A program made the translations under genes and the position numbers. DNA of 64,000 bases from the IMG/VR virus record IMGVR_UViG_2595698887_000001; one strand, given 5' to 3'. Positions 8,976 through 17,711 of the stretch are shown piece by piece (positions within the stretch are counted from its first letter, which is position 1; each line of letters opens with the position of its first letter). Under the pieces are notes generated by a model. That model was not told where the DNA came from and did not search any database. It saw nothing but the letters and a program-made list of their open reading frames with translations. The stretch is from a virus (taxonomy: Duplodnaviria; Heunggongvirae; Uroviricota; Caudoviricetes).

Positions 8976-9311
8976 TTAGCCCCCGAAGTAAGAAATGGTA
9001 ACCAGGCCAACAAAAATAGCATTGATCAGGATGCCATACCCAAGGCTCTTGTTTTTGCAAACCTTGCCGTTAATAATAGCTTTCGCAGCCAGAAGATGAC
9101 GGAACAGCCAGAAACCGAACAGGCACCCTGCAAACAAACCTGCGCTTGGCGGGATCAGTGTCGTCACCAACATCATCCCCTCAATCATTGCAAGAACCAA
9201 GAAAACACCAAATGATTTCGGGTCGGCAACGGTGTCTTCGCCCTTCAGCCAAGAATACGTGCAAAGGGAAAGCCCGAACAGGGACCAAATTAAAAAGATA
9301 GTATAGATCAT
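8976..9311 (-). CDS. membrane protein (3-4 TM helices)
   Basis: 111-aa hydrophobic ORF. Confidence 0.45.
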   Translation of the reverse strand: MIYTIFLIWSLFGLSLCTYSWLKGEDTVADPKSFGVFLVLAMIEGMMLVTTLIPPSAGLFAGCLFGFWLFRHLLAAKAIINGKVCKNKSLGYGILINAIFVGLVTISYFGG

Positions 9312-9313
9312 GT

Positions 9314-9802
9314 TTATTCTCCTTTCAGTCGGAATGATTTGATCATTGTGATCAGGTCTTTTTCAGGTTGCGTATAGTTGTGGATGGTGTTACCCATCTC
9401 GTCACGATACTGATTAGCAATCTGTGGAGGAGTATAACCTGGCGATTTTACCAAGTCAACAACTTCTGCATATTGTGGTGCATACATATACTCCGGGAGA
9501 ACAACAGCGACTGCTGTCATCGCACCATTCAGGGCTTCCTGCTCTTCACAGAATGAGGCCCAAGGGTATGTTCCGCTCAGAGGCTTCAGTTTCTCACACA
9601 GTTCCTGCAAGGAAGACTGATACCCACCATTGAGGACGATCACTGTCTTATCACGATCAGCCCAGTCCCAGAGCAGATTCCCAGCATTGTTCCGACGCTG
9701 TGAGTAATCAAGGAACATCTCAGACATCGCGTGTGCTGACTGAATCCCGGCATGAATGCCAGCAATATATTGGTTTACTACGCAGTACATGCGTGTCTTC
9801 AT
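9314..9802 (-). CDS. PTH2-like peptidyl-tRNA hydrolase (tentative)
   Basis: CVVNQYIAGIHAGIQSAHA resembles the PTH2 motif vVRxDLxMxxGKiaAQxxHA, and KTVIVLNG...LQELCEKLK resembles the PTH2 central strand. Confidence 0.35.
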   Translation of the reverse strand: MKTRMYCVVNQYIAGIHAGIQSAHAMSEMFLDYSQRRNNAGNLLWDWADRDKTVIVLNGGYQSSLQELCEKLKPLSGTYPWASFCEEQEALNGAMTAVAVVLPEYMYAPQYAEVVDLVKSPGYTPPQIANQYRDEMGNTIHNYTQPEKDLITMIKSFRLKGE

Positions 9803-10026
9803 TTCTTTCTCCTTGCAATTACATGACTGTGGCTGAACAACTTACCAATCTTGATAACAATAAAACAAAACAGCGCGACAGGCCAGACCGCTGTGAAAAG
9901 CAGTGCCACGAACAGATCATCTCCACGAATTTCACCAGACGAGCTGTAGAAATACTGCCACACAAGTACCGCACCACCCACAAGTACACCAACTAAAACG
10001 TAGGCACACAGAATAACCATTCCCAT
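9799..10026 (-). CDS. small membrane protein
   Basis: 75 aa with 2 TM helices. Confidence 0.4.
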   Translation of the reverse strand: MGMVILCAYVLVGVLVGGAVLVWQYFYSSSGEIRGDDLFVALLFTAVWPVALFCFIVIKIGKLFSHSHVIARRKK

Positions 10027-10029
10027 GTT

Positions 10030-10344
10030 CTATCCCCTCTTAATCCAAAAATTGTTTTGTACAGCCCAGAAAATCGCACCACCAACCCCGGCAATCGCCA
10101 GAATGAATGTTACAACAGGTGCTGCCACCAAAATTAAAACCGAGCTTATTGGGAAAAGCAGGGTCATTAAGGTTATCGCCAGGACGGGCCAGAAATAATC
10201 CTCCCAGCTATCGAAACTCTTCGGATGAAAGAATTTACCTATCAATCCAGAAGAGACCAGCAACACAGCAAGAGTTATCCACCAAAACCACTCATCCAGG
10301 AAAAAGATGTATGGTCTGACGATCTCATTCATCCACCAAATCAT
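10030..10344 (-). CDS. membrane protein
   Basis: 104 aa with 3 TM helices. Confidence 0.45.
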   Translation of the reverse strand: MIWWMNEIVRPYIFFLDEWFWWITLAVLLVSSGLIGKFFHPKSFDSWEDYFWPVLAITLMTLLFPISSVLILVAAPVVTFILAIAGVGGAIFWAVQNNFWIKRG

Positions 10345-10353
10345 AATTTCTCC

Positions 10354-10608
10354 TTATTTAAAGAATTGTGTGAACTTATACATCGCGCTGCGATAAGAGG
10401 GGTGCAGTTTGTAGTTGCACCCTTTGTCAACGCACCAGTCGCTTGCCTTGTTTCTCAAGGCGACGAGACCGCACCATGCACAGACTTGCTTCCCTGCGTG
10501 TTTGTCTGCGTAAAAGTGGTGTTTCTCGTATGTGTACTCCTCCTTGTCGGACTTCTTCATACAATCACCACTTGATTTCTCTTTGCGTGATCTTACGGAT
10601 AGCGTCAA
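10354..10608 (-). CDS. small Cys-containing protein
   Basis: 84-aa ORF, possibly starting at the internal MKKSDKEEY. CAWCG...CVDKGC. Confidence 0.35.
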   Translation of the reverse strand: MTLSVRSRKEKSSGDCMKKSDKEEYTYEKHHFYADKHAGKQVCAWCGLVALRNKASDWCVDKGCNYKLHPSYRSAMYKFTQFFK

Positions 10609-11818
10609 TACGTGCTACACGAATCGCCTCACCGATCTCGATACCGCTCTTACCTTTCTCAAGGCATCCAGCAGAGATCACTTTGGTGTCAACTGCCTTC
10701 ATGCAACGGAAAGCATCCATCAGCACGTAACCTTGCGGGTATGGCTCTGCCATTTTGGTTGGGCCACGACCCTTCGCATCACAGAAACACGCATCTGCCA
10801 AAGCAGCAACTTTCATAGCGGTCTTAGCGCTTGTCACGTTGCCTGCGGCTTCAAACAGCTTCATGAGTGATCGAGGTTTTGCACCTTTGTTGCCACCACG
10901 AGGAGCAATGCAGTGTACACGCGTGTGGTGCTCAGTCACATACAGGGCCACATCCCGGAAGTCGTTAGGCACACGGATACGCTCGCACAACTCACGTAAT
11001 GGTTCCAGACCAGCCTCTTCATGTCCGATCAGATTGCCGTATTTACGGAAAGTGATCGCTTTACCGAAGTCATGACACAACACAGCGAACTTGGTGTACG
11101 GATTTGCCTCGTAGATATCTGCCACATCAAGACACAGCAGTGTATGAACGAAAGCATCCCCTTCCGGGTGGTGTTCCGGTGGTTGTGCTACACCACGGAG
11201 GGCATCAAGCTCAGGCAATTCGCCAAGCTCTGCCATTGCCTCAGCGTAGGCCCGGAAGTTATCAGAGGCCAGAGCCTTCTCCATTTCTTTCCACTTACGC
11301 TCACCGCTGATGTGTGACAGGCCATAACGGTTATTGAAGCACAGGGCTTTAGTATCAGCATGGATTTCCCACTCTTTACCCAACTGGGCTTTAAAGCGGT
11401 AGACACGCAGGATACGCAGTGGATCGTCAAGGAATGCCAGCGTTGTATGACGCAGGATTTTCTTTTCGATATCGTACTGACCACCAAACGGGTCAATGAT
11501 CTCACCTGTCTCAAGGTCTTGAGCCATAGCGTTGATCGTCAGGTCACGACGAGACAGATCCTCCACCAGTGTCACATCGGGGCTGAAGAATGTCTCGAAG
11601 TCAGTATGACCGTTACCAGTCTTACGCTCAGTACGGGCGAGAGCATACTCTTCGTTGGTTTCAGGATGCAGGTATACTGGAAAAGCAGCGCCAACCTGGG
11701 TGAAACCTTTATTGATCATTTCTTCGTGCGTTGCACCCACAACCACGTAGTCACGGTCATGAACTTCACGACCAAGCAAACCATCACGCACAGCGCCACC
11801 TACCAGATATACCTTCAT
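10565..11818 (-). CDS. cca: CCA-adding tRNA nucleotidyltransferase with HD domain
   Basis: The N-terminal LVGGAVRDGLLGREVHDRDYVV is the class II head motif, and HDFGK is an HD motif. 417 aa. Confidence 0.85.
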   Translation of the reverse strand: MKVYLVGGAVRDGLLGREVHDRDYVVVGATHEEMINKGFTQVGAAFPVYLHPETNEEYALARTERKTGNGHTDFETFFSPDVTLVEDLSRRDLTINAMAQDLETGEIIDPFGGQYDIEKKILRHTTLAFLDDPLRILRVYRFKAQLGKEWEIHADTKALCFNNRYGLSHISGERKWKEMEKALASDNFRAYAEAMAELGELPELDALRGVAQPPEHHPEGDAFVHTLLCLDVADIYEANPYTKFAVLCHDFGKAITFRKYGNLIGHEEAGLEPLRELCERIRVPNDFRDVALYVTEHHTRVHCIAPRGGNKGAKPRSLMKLFEAAGNVTSAKTAMKVAALADACFCDAKGRGPTKMAEPYPQGYVLMDAFRCMKAVDTKVISAGCLEKGKSGIEIGEAIRVARIDAIRKITQREIKW

Positions 11819-11827
11819 TCCTTTCTC

Positions 11828-12094
11828 CTATACGTTGTTTGTGTTGATGAAGTTTATACCGTTCTTCTTCAACAAGTCAACCCTTAATTCAGATTCAAGT
11901 CGTTTATATTCACGACAGATCTTTTTATGGTTGTCTTCGTGCTCTTTTAGCTCTGAGAATGGCTTCACGCAGAGCACATTTCGGTGGTGATAAGCACCAC
12001 AAGCCGTTTTGACATCAAAGTTCTCCTGGAGATCTCCCTCAAGAACGATGTAGTACGGATACATATCGTAACGGATGAAAGCGGTCACTTTCAT
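11828..12094 (-). CDS. hypothetical protein
   Basis: 88 aa. Confidence 0.4.
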   Translation of the reverse strand: MKVTAFIRYDMYPYYIVLEGDLQENFDVKTACGAYHHRNVLCVKPFSELKEHEDNHKKICREYKRLESELRVDLLKKNGINFINTNNV

Positions 12095-12402
12095 TCTGTG
12101 ATCCCCAGTTCTTCTGCGGTGTACACATCGTTACCTTCGTACAAGATTCCGTCAATACGCACAACGAATGTACGATCCACGACCTCACCGAAGTTGTTGG
12201 CAATACGTGATGTTCCACCAAGGGTCAAGAAAACATCCCGGCGAACGTGAGATGTGCCACAGAGCTTATCATAGTCATAAACACCAACAGGTGTCCCCGC
12301 AGGTACTGCTACGATTGTGGTTACTGTCTGGCCCACGGTAGATGGCGTACCCATATTCTCATGGCACTGGTCTTTTACAACGGTATAGGTTTTATTGGTC
12401 AT
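12091..12402 (-). CDS. hypothetical protein
   Basis: 103 aa. Confidence 0.4.
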   Translation of the reverse strand: MTNKTYTVVKDQCHENMGTPSTVGQTVTTIVAVPAGTPVGVYDYDKLCGTSHVRRDVFLTLGGTSRIANNFGEVVDRTFVVRIDGILYEGNDVYTAEELGITE

Positions 12403-12643
12403 TGTATTTCTCCTGTTTAGGTTCTGTTAGTACGAATTCGCCACAACAGCCACATTCGTATTCATTCATACTACGACCGTTATCGGTCCAGTCATTTGCC
12501 CCACATGTGCAGAGAACAATCAAGGGCTTTTCGTAATCATCACGAACAGTTACCCAAGGTTTGTTTCCTACAGAGAACCCTGCGAGCGGTTGTTTGTAGG
12601 TCCCACCCCAGTATGCTCTATACTTGATGGAGACCCCGCTCAT
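12392..12643 (-). CDS. small Cys-rich protein
   Basis: CTCG...CGCCG. 83 aa. Confidence 0.4.
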   Translation of the reverse strand: MSGVSIKYRAYWGGTYKQPLAGFSVGNKPWVTVRDDYEKPLIVLCTCGANDWTDNGRSMNEYECGCCGEFVLTEPKQEKYNDQ

Positions 12644-12781
12644 TTTCTTTTCTCCCCGTGTACTTCACGGAACTCTTCAACAAGAAGCTCCCAACGGGCA
12701 TCCCACGCACAGCGAGCAACACTACGGGTGATCGGGTCTGTTACAGACGGGAAGTTCTCATTGAACCACGCTTCAAATTTT

Positions 12782-13171
12782 TCATCGATCAAGGCCGTAC
12801 TCCCTTTGCAGTTTCCACTCAGCATCGTTCATGTACATTGTACGAACGTGTTTACGCAGTCCATCGAAATCACAGCACGGTGTCTCGTTGTTCTCTTCAT
12901 ACTTATCCCGTGCAAGGCTTGCAAGGATCTCAACATCCTGTCCAAGTGGGTCATAGCCCAAAGCATGTTTACGGAACATGAACACATAACGACCTTCGTC
13001 GTCCTCTACCTCATCTGCCATTTCAGGCAGGGTGTCTGCACGTTCTTGCCAGTAGTTGTACAGCTTGACAGCATCTTCTGGGGACTTCAGTCCGAAGGAC
13101 AGATCTTCATTCTGCCAGCCCAACCAATCGGCAATGGCTAACAGCTTTTCACGGGCATTGAGTTCGCTCAT
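12782..13171 (-). CDS. hypothetical protein
   Basis: 129-aa acidic protein. Confidence 0.4.
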   Translation of the reverse strand: MSELNAREKLLAIADWLGWQNEDLSFGLKSPEDAVKLYNYWQERADTLPEMADEVEDDEGRYVFMFRKHALGYDPLGQDVEILASLARDKYEENNETPCCDFDGLRKHVRTMYMNDAEWKLQREYGLDR

Positions 13172-13401
13172 TCTGCTTCCTCCTCGCTGTAGCAGATTGC
13201 TAGGTAATCTTCACGATAGAGGTCGCGAAGTTGCTCAGAGAATTCCTTGTTGCCAAACTCGTGAGTCCACACAGGGCGACCAAGGCGCTTCTCAACATCC
13301 TCGTGGAACAGGCTGAAACCACAAGCGGTGCGACCTGTAAACCCAGTTACGATAATAGCCTGCTCTTTTGTAAGACGTTTTGACATTATTTGTTCTCCCA
13401 T
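13168..13401 (-). CDS. hypothetical protein
   Basis: 77 aa. Confidence 0.4.
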   Translation of the reverse strand: MGEQIMSKRLTKEQAIIVTGFTGRTACGFSLFHEDVEKRLGRPVWTHEFGNKEFSEQLRDLYREDYLAICYSEEEAE

Positions 13402-13658
13402 TTATTCATGTAGTTAACAAGATCTTTTACTGACCGTTTGCCGTCAAGAGGGTAAACCATGTCACTCTCCATCCCGCCGTGTGTCAGCATCTTTACTAAA
13501 CGAGTATACACACTCTGTGGACGATTGCAACGTCTAATTTTCCATTCCTTTCCGTCAGGTGAGTATTCTTTCTCTTCGGTGGAGATATGGATCAGGTCGC
13601 CCATGTACTCTTTGAAGCGAATGCTCTCCAGTGGTCGATAGTATATGAAAAATTTCAT
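13386..13658 (-). CDS. hypothetical protein
   Basis: MKFFIYYRP follows an AAAGGAGAA RBS. Confidence 0.45.
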   Translation of the reverse strand: MKFFIYYRPLESIRFKEYMGDLIHISTEEKEYSPDGKEWKIRRCNRPQSVYTRLVKMLTHGGMESDMVYPLDGKRSVKDLVNYMNKWENK

Positions 13659-13677
13659 GTGTTCTCCTTTGTTGAGT

Positions 13678-13707
13678 AGAGAATAATGGCTCACCAAGCA
13701 GATGTCA
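13678..13707 (-). promoter_or_regulatory. sigma70-like promoter (TTGACA-N17-TATTCT) on minus strand
   Basis: The reverse complement reads TTGACAtctgcttggtgagccatTATTCT, about 30 nt upstream of the start at 13658. Confidence 0.45.
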
Positions 13708-13711
13708 AGCA

Positions 13712-13739
13712 CAAAAACGAAAAAACCCGCCGAAGCGGG
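13712..13739 (-). terminator. intrinsic terminator (ACCCGC-UUCG-GCGGGU plus U-run)
   Basis: The hairpin at 13724-13739 has a T-run on the minus strand at 13712-13723. It lies 3' of the CDS 13746..14057. Confidence 0.6.
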
Positions 13740-13745
13740 TTAATT

Positions 13746-14057
13746 TTACCAGGTAACGAAAAAGTTTATTGAAGTACCTTGCACTGTCGGTTGGTAGCTG
13801 ATGATGTCAACTGTGAAACCTCCATTACGAAGATCCCCAACAATATGAGGCAGGTAATCACTCATTTCCACCGGGAAGTCCATTGAGAGTCCCATCCCGA
13901 ACATCCCCTTCCTTGCACACTGAGCTATCCCGCTCACTATCTGATCGAAGATGTCTTTCATTTCTGGCGGCGTTTGCTTTTCTGCGTTGTTTGCGATCTC
14001 TCGCATCTTGTTTGCGACACTCATCGCTCTGTCCCTCCAGGAAGTAAAATGGTTCAA
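13746..14057 (-). CDS. hypothetical protein (start uncertain; overlaps methyltransferase tail)
   Basis: The 103-aa ORF overlaps 200 nt of the upstream ORF in another frame. Confidence 0.35.
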   Translation of the reverse strand: MNHFTSWRDRAMSVANKMREIANNAEKQTPPEMKDIFDQIVSGIAQCARKGMFGMGLSMDFPVEMSDYLPHIVGDLRNGGFTVDIISYQPTVQGTSINFFVTW

Positions 14058-14538
14058 GGTTCAGTCTGTTCTTCTTGTCCCAGACAAAATAGGCGTAACC
14101 GGAACCGTCTGTCTTACCGTCATCTGTGAATGAAGGTCTCTGAGATAAGACCATCAAGCTGGTTGGCTTATTGCTCTGCCACCATTCGTTTCTTGTCTGA
14201 CTTTCCAGAAAACCAAGACGAAGTAACATAATCACAACATCAGCATCTTCAAGAGCCTTGGCAACGAATGCCTGAGCTAAAGAGTATGGTGGGTTTGTGA
14301 TGATGCAGTCAACATGGTTGTACTCGGTATTCAGATAATCCACACCATGACGAATCTCACCCCAAGCAGAGCCAATCGGCATATGGTTGTAGAATCTACC
14401 AGACGCTCTACAAGGCTCTAAATATTTCCAGTGGGGGTTGATAGGGATAACATCCAAAAGGGCCGTCACAGCCCATTCTGGTGTCTCATATACGTCATAA
14501 TCCCTACGTTCTCCTTTCTTCTTCAAAGGCGCAGACAT
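13858..14538 (-). CDS. dam: phage Dam-type DNA N6-adenine methyltransferase
   Basis: YETPEWAVTALLDVIP, and IITNPPYS as motif IV. The C-terminal roughly 50 aa are Arg-rich, low-complexity, and overlap the next ORF. Confidence 0.7.
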   Translation of the reverse strand: MSAPLKKKGERRDYDVYETPEWAVTALLDVIPINPHWKYLEPCRASGRFYNHMPIGSAWGEIRHGVDYLNTEYNHVDCIITNPPYSLAQAFVAKALEDADVVIMLLRLGFLESQTRNEWWQSNKPTSLMVLSQRPSFTDDGKTDGSGYAYFVWDKKNRLNLEPFYFLEGQSDECRKQDARDRKQRRKANAARNERHLRSDSERDSSVCKEGDVRDGTLNGLPGGNE

Positions 14539-15470
14539 TAGTTCCCCATTCTCTCCAGCACGTCAGCCATAATCTCTTCTGAAGCTGCCAGAATAGCATC
14601 AATCAGTTCTTGACGATTACGAACGTTGACAACAAGAGGATCTTCTGCCCCGATAGCCATTGCACCAATCTGGGAGTAGATGGTTTGCAGTTCTGCCACG
14701 TTGAATGGGTCGAAGTCCTTCGCCTGAAGTGTCGATACGTCGAATTTGAACACCTCTCCTTCAACTTCGATTTTCAGGAAGATGCTCTCCGGGGTTCCTT
14801 CCGGGAGATTATCCAAATCAACATTCTCAATCACAGTTTTGTCTTTCGGCTCCTTCGCCTTCTCACCGGAGATGATTGGGCGTTGTCCTTCCTGCATACG
14901 CTTGATATTACGCTCATCAAGCAGAACTGCCGGGGTGCGTTTCACGATCTCAACCTCATCCATCCAGACCTGTCCACCGCCTTTGATTGTGGCGATCTCC
15001 GTTTCTGTCAGAACACCGCTGTAGAAGGTATCGATCAGACGATCAAAATAGTGCTTCTCAAAGGCAATCTGTGCGTACATGTTTGCACCATCACCATATG
15101 TCCCGCCCTGATAGTTGTGGAACATAAACTCTGTCAGCGGGGACACTGTACGATCCTTACAAGCCAGCCACAGAACAGTACCAGCAGAGCAGACATTACC
15201 CTCTGCGTGTGTCACGATAGACGCCTGGCTTTCTCGAATGGCGCTTACGTAGGCCATAGCGATGGAAACTACACCACCAGGGCTGTTGATTACCACACGA
15301 ATAGTGTCATCAGGGGATGCCTGACGGATTACCTGCAAACGGTCCTGATGGTCTTCCAGCCATGACAGGTCATCAATATAGATGACGTGATCGTGAGAGT
15401 GAACAGGGTAACTGTAGATATTCCCGTGCATACCCGGCATCATACCGAAAAAGTTCTTGTTCTGTTCCAT
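14538..15470 (-). CDS. ClpP-family (S14) serine protease with about 130-aa C-terminal extension
   Basis: VINSPGG, GNVCSAG (Ser) and MFHN (His) fit the ClpP catalytic-residue order. The start MEQNKN follows GAGGAGG. Confidence 0.6.
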   Translation of the reverse strand: MEQNKNFFGMMPGMHGNIYSYPVHSHDHVIYIDDLSWLEDHQDRLQVIRQASPDDTIRVVINSPGGVVSIAMAYVSAIRESQASIVTHAEGNVCSAGTVLWLACKDRTVSPLTEFMFHNYQGGTYGDGANMYAQIAFEKHYFDRLIDTFYSGVLTETEIATIKGGGQVWMDEVEIVKRTPAVLLDERNIKRMQEGQRPIISGEKAKEPKDKTVIENVDLDNLPEGTPESIFLKIEVEGEVFKFDVSTLQAKDFDPFNVAELQTIYSQIGAMAIGAEDPLVVNVRNRQELIDAILAASEEIMADVLERMGN

Positions 15471-15471
15471 A

Positions 15472-15954
15472 TTAATCCTCCTCACGAGCGTTTGCAATAT
15501 AGCTTTTCAGAATGTAAGCATTCCTCATCAGCCAGTCGATGTAATACCCTGTTTCGTCATCGACAAGTACCTGATCGCTGTACTTGAATGTCACGAGAAC
15601 TTTTCTCGCCCTTTCAGAGGCTACGGCTGCGGTGTGCAGCATGGTGAACTTGTCAAGCTCTTCTTTCTCGACAGTTACATATTTGGACTTACCATCCAGA
15701 TAAATCAGGTGATTAAGTAAATCACGACGATCCGGGAACATCCACCGTGCATCACGTTCTGCTGCGGCAGGACTATAAATCATTCGGGTAAAGAACCCAT
15801 CATTCATCTCATACAGAGACTGAGCCACTACCTTACGATAAAAATTGAAGAGGCTTTCCGCTTCAGCATCAAACAGCCCTGGAGAAACTACCCCACAATT
15901 CTTCAACTCCATCAGTTTTCGATGGGAGATAACCCCATGAATACTAACTGTCAT
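15472..15954 (-). CDS. hypothetical protein
   Basis: 160 aa. Confidence 0.45.
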   Translation of the reverse strand: MTVSIHGVISHRKLMELKNCGVVSPGLFDAEAESLFNFYRKVVAQSLYEMNDGFFTRMIYSPAAAERDARWMFPDRRDLLNHLIYLDGKSKYVTVEKEELDKFTMLHTAAVASERARKVLVTFKYSDQVLVDDETGYYIDWLMRNAYILKSYIANAREED

Positions 15955-15961
15955 ACTCCTC

Positions 15962-16285
15962 CTATCGAGCTATCAGATATTTCACTTCACCGTCATCCCC
16001 ACGGTAACCGGAATCTACCACATGATAAGGACCGAAATTGTCCAATCTTACGACATCACCCACTACAAGGGTCTTCCTTGACTCATATTCCAAGGACTCG
16101 GTAAGATGTTTGAACTGATCCGTATCGTCTGTGGTGCAGACATAGCGGATTTCACCATTGCTTTCAGTGACATAAATCCGTTTGCCTGTCTTTTTAGCCA
16201 AAACCCAGCCCTTTTTGTCATATTTTACAAGACAATAAGACTGATTCAGCTTATCTCTAAACCTGGACACCTCGTTTCCTCTCAA
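15962..16285 (-). CDS. hypothetical protein
   Basis: 107 aa. Confidence 0.4.
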   Translation of the reverse strand: MRGNEVSRFRDKLNQSYCLVKYDKKGWVLAKKTGKRIYVTESNGEIRYVCTTDDTDQFKHLTESLEYESRKTLVVGDVVRLDNFGPYHVVDSGYRGDDGEVKYLIAR

Positions 16286-16889
16286 GATTAGTCAGGAACT
16301 GCTCAAGTAAGGCCAAGCGCTCCGGAGTGTTTAGGTTAAGCGTTCTCACGCCGTACTTTTTAGCGAGATTCACCGCTGTTGCAGTGCCGCCTTTTGGATT
16401 ACCATGTTTGTCTTCCAGTGCAAAGTACAAACAGAAGGCAGAGGGCCTTGGTTCTAGAACATTTGCTCCCAAAACCTGATGCACATTACGTGAGTGTAAT
16501 GCAAACGCGCCGCGCTTCTTCTTAAGAGCTTCAAAATTCGGATGAATCTCTTCAACCAAGGAATCTCTTACTGCTTTTTGGTCAGGCATCAGATAGTCAA
16601 CATAACTCAAAGGGAAATCCCAATAATCCCAAAGCTTATCATTATCTGTTGCAAACCCATCCCACGGTATGTAAATCTCTGCCAAGCGTGTACGATACTC
16701 TTCTTGTTTTCCATTGTCAAGAGTTTCGTAGTATTTTTGCATTCCGATTTGAAATGCCTCGTCAGCACCCCCGGCTTTCCCGCTTCGAAGGGTAAACCCG
16801 AGCCTTGCTAATCGGAAAGCAGCGTCTTCCATGACGCTGATAACCTCTGGGGGTGTTTCGCGAGATCCTACCCCAGTGTAATATGCCAT
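16257..16889 (-). CDS. DprA/Smf/LOG-like (SLOG superfamily) Rossmann-fold protein
   Basis: GVGSRETPPEV...LGFTLRSGKAGGADEAF matches the DprA/SLOG nucleotide-binding motif. The start MAYYTG follows AGGAGG. Confidence 0.45.
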   Translation of the reverse strand: MAYYTGVGSRETPPEVISVMEDAAFRLARLGFTLRSGKAGGADEAFQIGMQKYYETLDNGKQEEYRTRLAEIYIPWDGFATDNDKLWDYWDFPLSYVDYLMPDQKAVRDSLVEEIHPNFEALKKKRGAFALHSRNVHQVLGANVLEPRPSAFCLYFALEDKHGNPKGGTATAVNLAKKYGVRTLNLNTPERLALLEQFLTNLERKRGVQV

Positions 16890-16899
16890 AATCCTCCTG

Positions 16900-17700
16900 T
16901 TAAGAAGCCATCGGGGTATAGAGTTTTGCGTCACGGTCAGCCATGAGGCCAAGAGCGATGTCGCGAACCATACCACCACGAACGATATCCTCATTCGGGT
17001 CATCAAAGGAAACAGAACCCACACCTGCGAGGTTGTGACGCTGAGTGAACTCAATCAACCATTCAAGTCCGGACTGACCATGAATGTCTTTCTGACTGGC
17101 ATCACCCATAACCACAAGAGTACAGTTGTCGGAGATACGAGTGATGATACTCAGCATTTCTTCTGGGGTGCTCTGCTGCGCTTCGTCGATCAGCAGGAAG
17201 CTCTTTTCGTCGAATGAACGACCACGGATGCTTTCCAGTTCCTGAACTTCGATACGCCCATTTAAGCCGTCCTTCAGAGCGTTGTAATACGCCCCATCAC
17301 CCATACGCTTACGAATAGTATCCAGCATATTTCGGACATAAGGGAACAGCTTCTCCAGTGAAGTACCCGGTTTGAAGCCGGAGGTTTTACCCGTCTGCAC
17401 GTATGGTCGAGCGACAATGATCTTGTCAAGTTCGTTTCTACGTAGCAAGTCGGCAGCGTGAGCGGAGGCCAGATAAGTTTTACCTGTTCCGAAGATCCCC
17501 TTCGCGATGATAATGTTGCATGTCTGCAACTTGTGAAGGTAATCTTGCTGCTTTTCATTCAGAGCAACGAGCGGCGGTGCGCTTTTACGTTCCTCATCGA
17601 ATTTCGGGTGGTGCTTTGCTTGACTAGCGGCCTGACGTTCAGCACGTTGCTGTTGACGGGCGCTCAGTTTTGTTGCACGAGCCTCTTTGCTTCTTCCCAT
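16900..17700 (-). CDS. phoH: PhoH-like ATPase
   Basis: The Walker A is GIFGTGKTYLA, with the conserved PhoH C-terminal region. Confidence 0.85.
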   Translation of the reverse strand: MGRSKEARATKLSARQQQRAERQAASQAKHHPKFDEERKSAPPLVALNEKQQDYLHKLQTCNIIIAKGIFGTGKTYLASAHAADLLRRNELDKIIVARPYVQTGKTSGFKPGTSLEKLFPYVRNMLDTIRKRMGDGAYYNALKDGLNGRIEVQELESIRGRSFDEKSFLLIDEAQQSTPEEMLSIITRISDNCTLVVMGDASQKDIHGQSGLEWLIEFTQRHNLAGVGSVSFDDPNEDIVRGGMVRDIALGLMADRDAKLYTPMAS

Positions 17701-17711
17701 ATTGGTTCTCC

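Noticed and set aside
11360-11887. 175-aa plus-strand ORF
   Set aside because: Antisense to the CCA-enzyme gene, whose motif support is strong.
14610-15365. 251-aa plus-strand ORF
   Set aside because: Antisense shadow of the ClpP-like gene.
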